Positions 37,917-44,169 of a stretch of DNA of 44,169 nt are shown here, in pieces (positions within the stretch are counted from its first letter, which is position 1; every line of letters begins with the position of its first letter). The translations under genes were made by a program, and so were the position numbers. This DNA comes from Conidiobolus incongruus B7586 (lineage: Eukaryota), in contig JNEM01010257.1 in NCBI GenBank assembly GCA_000697335.1, forward strand, positions 1 through 44,169. The letters are read 5' to 3'. Below the pieces are notes generated by a model, which did no database searches, was not told where the DNA came from, and saw only the letters and a list, made by a program, of their open reading frames with translations.

Positions 37917-39764
37917 TATTGATTGTTTTCCTAATTTTGTTCACATCCAAATAAGGAAGTGGAAAACTAAAATGGCCAATTGTAGTGAGTTAACATGATC
38001 ATTTTTTGCAAATATCATGATACTATGTCAACCAATTATACACAGTATCATAATGTAAGATCTTTTAATCTAAAAGCTTCATCAGATTGTACTTTGACTT
38101 TTAAAATATAATCAAAGTTATTTAAGGTTAGTAAATATTATTTTTTTATATTATATAAGTAATTTAAATTTAAGAATTATTTTTTTAACTTAATTACTCT
38201 GATAATTTAAGGTAGTTAGATAACTAAGTGGTGAGATTACTGATAAATTATTAATACTCACTAATATACCTTAGCAAGAGTATTTAAGAAAAGGTTAACT
38301 GATGTTATATCCAACTAGAATTTTATGGCAAAATTATAGTTTGAACCTTATTAAACCAAGTAAACCATTTATAAATTAATGATATAGATATAAAATAAAT
38401 AATGATATATCTTTGATAACTATAATAATATATTATTCTTTATAGTTATTAAGTTAATTTTTATTTTATATTTGTAGAATTTAGTTATAAAAATAATAAT
38501 ATTAATATAGATTTTTATTTTCATTTTTATTTATTTTTTTAATAAAATATATTAATATTTTAATCTTTAGATATATAACAGCCTTTATTTTTTTAAACAA
38601 ATTTCTACCTTTTAATTTAACTATATATCCCCTTTTTATAGATATCTTTTTCTATTATTTTAATAAATTTTAAAAATTCAGCTTTTATTTGTTTAGGATT
38701 TTAAAAAATATGGTTTTTAAAAACTTTTTAAAATATTTAAAAAAAATAAAAATTATTAGGTATAAGATTAAAAAAGTTTACTAGATATAGCAATAGTTTA
38801 AATTAATTATAATCTAAAATATATAAGGTTTCAACTATTATATATGGTTTTACATTATTATAATGGTAATATATTAACATAAAAGTTTGTATATTATTTA
38901 AGTCTTTACTTAAAAAATACTCTGGTTTTTGTTTTTTTAATATTTTACATAATCTTTAAATTTTTTCAAAATAATATTCTTTATTTATCTTTTGTTTTTT
39001 TTCTTTAAATTCATAATATATTATATTTTTTTAATCCTACTATATAGTTAATATTATTTTTATATATATATTTATATTTGTTTGATTTTTAGCTTTTGTT
39101 CTTATAGTTACCTAATAATATTTATAAATAATATCATTAAATATTATCTATATTTCATTAATAATAATAAAGTTTTTTAAGAAATATAAGTTTTTTTGTA
39201 AATTTTGTAAATGAGAAGTATATGCTAACTTATTTAACTTGTCAAATATTATTAATTTATAAAGTATCTTATTTAATACTTTTTAAACTTTATTAATTTT
39301 TTTTAATTATTTTAATAATTAACTAAGACTTATAATTTAATACCTTTGAAAATTCCTCTAAATAATAATTAGTATAAGTTTCTACAATATCTAATATTTT
39401 TTTTATTAGATACTTTTATCTTTCTACTTATGTGTGGCTTATCTTTAATATAATAATTACTAATTTAGAACACACAAACCATTTTTAACAATATTTAAAG
39501 TAATAATACCTTCACTATATACTTGGTTAATAATTTTACATGACTTAGATGGTTTATATACTTGATCAAAATGAAATAACATAATATTTCTTAAAACATT
39601 ATTATTAAACTTTTGTGGTACCATTGTAAAAAATTATATATTTAAAAAGTAAAATTAAATTCCACACTTAATTTATTTTAATTTTAGAAATTTTAACTAC
39701 CTTTTAAAGTTGGTTTTACATTAAATCCGCTGAATTGTGAATGTAATTAGGAAAACAATCAATA
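37917..39764. repeat. Terminal inverted repeat pair (37917-37945 / 39736-39764) enclosing the mariner relic
   Basis: TATTGATTGTTTTCCTAATT at 37917-37936 is the exact reverse complement of 39745-39764. It extends by TTCACA after 3 mismatches. The outer TA fits a Tc1/mariner target duplication. Confidence 0.75.
38560..39624 (-). mobile_element. Full-length but hypermutated mariner (D34D) transposase pseudogene
   Basis: Starts MVPQKFNNNVLRNIMLFHF..SCKIINQVYSEG (mariner HTH). IIINEI* (cf. IVTGDETW), IILTI**D (cf. VMLCVWWD), YNNVKPY (cf. HDNARPH), LYLVNFFNLIPNNF (cf. PHPxYSPDLAPSDF), and KKGIY..KGCYI at the end. The inferred D2 and D3 codons are 105 nt apart. Confidence 0.85.
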
Positions 39765-40237
39765 TTTTAATTGAATATTAATATCAATTTTGATTTTCTT
39801 TATTCTGGATTAATAAAATTGTTTAAATATTACAAAAGATTTATGATATTTTTTGTTAAATTTATATCACATTTTGATTATTAATAAAAAATCATTTTTA
39901 TAATAATATTCTGATATAAAATAATATTTTTATATATGAATGATTTGTAACAGTAAATTCGAAAACAATTCAAGTAAACTACTTACTTGATCTTTCTAAT
40001 ACGGTCCAAAATTCACTCAGTCAAATTATATTAATAGCTAAAATTTAAAAGTTAGATATTTTACATAATTTTATTGAAATATAATATGTTAATCAACGAT
40101 GTACCACTATTAATAATAATTCCAGTAAATATATTAATTCACTTACCCAACATTAAAATCACTAAACGTTAATTACTTAACAAAATGCATATATTTATTA
40201 AATAATCCATGATAATACACTGATGTAAATATCTAAA

Positions 40238-42265
40238 TTAGTTTCGACTGTGGAATTTAAACAAATAAAAGTTTTGATTTGTTAAAATTCCTAATCGATA
40301 GTTGATCAAAGCTTTATCGTAGCAATCGTTCTGAACACTTTCAGAGTCGCTATCGTCTATAACATTGCCGTTATCGGATGGTGATTCGTCAATAAAGTAT
40401 TCATCGTCATCAAGGTCCTTAATTTTGAGGAATGCAATATGGTTGACAGTTTCGTCATCAGATATAGGAATAGTCTCAATAGTAGGTTCGCCATTGTGCG
40501 TTTGACGAATTATAACGTTCCTGTCATTCTTGCCAGGATATGCTAGGAAGTAGTGACCTGGGTTCGTGGGGGACTGTAGAGCGGACGTTTGAGTCATATT
40601 CGATTGGACAATTTCATCGGTGTGCGATTCCAGAATTTTTAATTGATAGTCTGGAGTGGAACTGGTAGAATTGTCCCAAGATCTAGAACCGCCCACTTGA
40701 TGAACTGAGACATACTCAAATTTGCCAATTACATGCTCTGTATACCCCTGATTTGGAAGTCTTAGGGAAAATAGGTAGGTTTCGTTCCGAATTGGGCTTA
40801 CTGAAAAGATACCGAGACTTTGGGTTAATTCTGCTTCAACGGGCCAAATTTCATTTAGTTCTTGATTGAATCTGCCTAAATAGATTCCCTTTAAGGTTGC
40901 TAATACTATATAATCATCTCTGGGTAAATAGTCCATGAATATGACTGGACACTTTCCGAGGATACTAGGTTCAAAAGATCTAACGGGCTCCAATTCATTA
41001 ACTGTCAAATCAAAGTAATATATTGTACCAGCAGCACCCGCCGCATAGAATATATTTGGATTTCGATTGTGGAAGCAACAACACCAGAGCTTTGTAGGTA
41101 ATGTTATAGAATGGATAATGCTCGAGTGAATAGATTGATACTTGCCACTTTTGCGATGTTTGCGATAAATCAACTTACTATCAAATCCAGAGCTCAAAGA
41201 AAACACATTGCCATCAGAATCTATAAAAGTCTTGATATTTTTAATCAAAGCCGTATGCCCCAAAGAGAATGTTTGGCGTGAGTTTGATCTATTGGAAAGT
41301 TGGGATATAGCCATAATGCTGTGAGATTCGGAACTTAATTGTTTTCCAACTAATAGAATGTCTTTATCTTCTATGTATGCTAAACTTCGAGTAGGAGTGT
41401 CTAGAGAGTTGGATAATTTTAATTTTTGATCAAGAAGAAATATAGGCATATTATCACAATGTCCCTCGCTATAATAGGGAGAATTGTAAGAATCGTCGTC
41501 AACGTTTAATCTTCTAAATATTAATATCTATTAGTACTCAACAAAAACAAGACTACAAAAGTAATTTACTTTCTCTTAGCATTCTGTAGCTCATTCTGCA
41601 AATGAATTATCTGAGCTCGAACTTTCCTAAGACTATGTCTATAATTCTCACACTCCGTCTTGTGATGATTCATTTCATCGGTCACTTTCTTTAGCTGCGT
41701 TTCCAACCTCGCTATTTCTGTATGATCTTTCACTGCCAAATTCCCGACAAATATCGGTCGAATATCGTTTCGAGCTATTTTCTGATTACATGTGGGACAT
41801 TTTGCTACTTCAGAATTTCTAGTACTTATCCACCTTAGAATACAGCTAAAATAAAAGGTGGTTAATAATGAAGGTATAATTTAATTTGAAAAATATTTTA
41901 CCTTTTCCCAAATAAATGTCCGCATTTCGTACTGACAATTTGGTGAGCACCGGAATCGGTCCAGCGGTCTAAACAAATAGAGCAAGTATCTTTAGGATCC
42001 TAAAATAAAAATTATCAATAAAAAAATATTAAAAATCTGCTAAATTAAGTACTTCGTGTTCTTCCTCATGTCTACCTCTCTTATTTGTAGTCAAATCGGA
42101 CAAAATAATATCATTATTCTGATTTTCTTCCTGAAAGTAATGCTGAGAATCTGAGATTGTAGTATTCAAATCTAGTGGCTGTAGCCTAATAGGTGCTAAT
42201 TGGGGAGATGTATCAGGACTAGATATAACTATAGGGTTGCTGTCACTTTGAAGCATTTCATTCAT
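40238..42265 (-). CDS. RFWD3-like RING/coiled-coil/WD40 E3 ubiquitin ligase, paralog 2 (620 aa); exons 42265-42053, 41999-41902, 41845-41570, 41513-40238
   Basis: Splicing yields CSICLDRWTDSGAHQIVSTKCGHLFGKSCILRW...KCPTCN. Internal exons (98 and 276 nt) and intron phases are identical to paralog 1. Confidence 0.85.
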
Positions 42266-44169
42266 GGAAATATAATTAAATATTTAAATATATGGAATAA
42301 TTTTTAAGTTTTAAATTTGGTTTATTGAATTAGTAATGATTAAAGTGTGGGGGGGGGGGATTTGGGTTTATATACTCGCATTACATTCAATTTTAAATAT
42401 GGTTTTTTGAATTAGTGGGAATTGTGAGAGGCTAAAGTTAAATTGTATATTGTATGAAACGAATGAAAATTATTATATTCATTCAAAATACAAAAAGTAT
42501 CTTGGGATGTAAATAAGATCATTTCTAATCTATTTATATATTTTTTTATATATTTATATATAATGAAAATGATTTAATGATAATTTCAAAGTAAACGAAC
42601 CATTGATGTGCTAATTAAAAGGTTTTAAAAAATTAATATTTAGTATAAATGTATTTCAAAAATCAATTTTAGAATCGCTACATAATGACAAATACAATAT
42701 AGAGTAAATTAATTTAATAAAAAATTCTATGGTTTTTTTAGTTTAATTTTTCAACATAATTTAGGCATTGTATTTTTTAGAATAAAATATTGCAAATGTA
42801 CTATTATTATATAAAGAGATATATAATATTTAAGAATGTTTGTAATTATTGAATATGAATCTCGATATAAGATTGTAACGTTATATCTATTCATTTTCTT
42901 ATATTATTATTCATATTTTGACGCATTCTAAAATGTTTAAAATATATTAATTTTATTCACAAAATTTGAAATGTAATAAATAATGAGTTGTGAAAATGGT
43001 TCTTGAAATGAATTGGTGTAATATAAAAATAATGGATAATTGATTAAAGGTTTTTTAATATACTCATATTAAACTCAAAAATATATCAAATCTCATACAA
43101 GAAATATTTCTAATTACTTATACCAAATCAAGGATTCAATTATTATATTAATTACAATCAACTCAATATAATAATTCCAAACCTATTTCATTCCTTGGAT
43201 TAAATCCATAAAAACCATAGATTGTTTATTGCAATGAAAGATGATATAATGTTTAATTCAAATTATTCGAAAGATTCATATACTCTCTTAATATATATAC
43301 AAGCATATATACTAATCAACTTTAAATTAAAATATAGACTAATCATTTTTAAATTCATTCAATTTCGAATATTTCTAAATTTGTATAATGACAGATTTTT
43401 GTAAATTATTGTGATAAGCTCTAAATATTCTAAATGTAAAGATTTGAAATTTATTGCATTGATTGATAATGTAAATTTTTGTAATTATTGAATAATAAAG
43501 TCAAATTACAGTTTGTTATATATGTTCAATAATCTGAATAGTGTATTTTATATTAGTTTGAAATTTAGACAAATAGACATCAATCACTTTTATGTTCTCA
43601 AATTATTATTATGATATATTGGTTATAATAAAAAATTATTTGGTTTTCAAAATAACAAATTTAATTTTATTAGGAAAGATAATAATTTATAACTAATTTT
43701 TCTAAAAGAATAAATACCAAAATCAAAATAAATATATATATCAATTTTATTAATTTATATTATTTTGAATAAATTATTTTTTGTTTTGGTTCAATTTGGT
43801 TTAGCTATGATATAATATATATCAGAATAAAAATAAAAATTTTAAATTTTTTAATATAAAAAAACTCTTTACTGATATATTTATCAATAATTAACAATAA
43901 TTATATTATTATATAAAAGGTAATTTTTTTGTATTATAATACTTCAGTTTTGGTTAATTTAACTTATAAAATTATATATAAAAATTGGTTATTTTATAAT
44001 AACTAATTAAATTAATATTTTAAATATTATTTATTATTTAATTAATAATCATGATCTTATTCTTAAAAAATAAATAATAAGTTATTTATCTAAAATCAAA
44101 ATATATAAAAACCAAAATAATTAAAAATTATTATATTTCAAAATAAAATAAATTTTAATTGTAAATATA

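Noticed and set aside
5538..43404. Short AT-rich ORFs at 5538, 5970, 17379, 18497, 33251 and 43222
   Set aside because: Compositionally biased, no recognisable motifs, and several lie in promoter regions.
1..44169. CRISPR arrays, tRNA/rRNA genes, prokaryotic operons
   Set aside because: None seen; the window is intron-containing eukaryotic DNA.

Overview
Very AT-rich eukaryotic DNA with short GT-AG introns (49-61 nt in coding regions) and fungal-type genes, most consistent with an early-diverging fungus (inference only). Conventional genes: an M20 aminoacylase with a signal-peptide-like N-terminus, an Svf1-like protein, a homeodomain factor, a WCPPC nucleoredoxin-like oxidoreductase, a HAL/NPR-type kinase, an SH3 protein, a 7-exon RLI1/ABCE1 and two tandem RFWD3-like RING-coiled-coil-WD40 paralogs. 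Two unusual things stand out. (1) Three tandem secreted precursor genes (21.8-26.9 kb) are built from RR/KR-delimited (Kex2-type) units. All eight units carry the same register-fixed motif with Ser-Pro at positions 9-10, and the genes share a C-terminus and upstream motifs, making this a candidate new secreted-peptide (KEP/repellent-like) system. (2) Two DDE/D transposon fossils missed by the ORF track (a full-length D34D mariner and a Tc1/IS630-like copy) are destroyed mainly by C->T/G->A changes, many in CpA/TpG context, which is a RIP-like signature.
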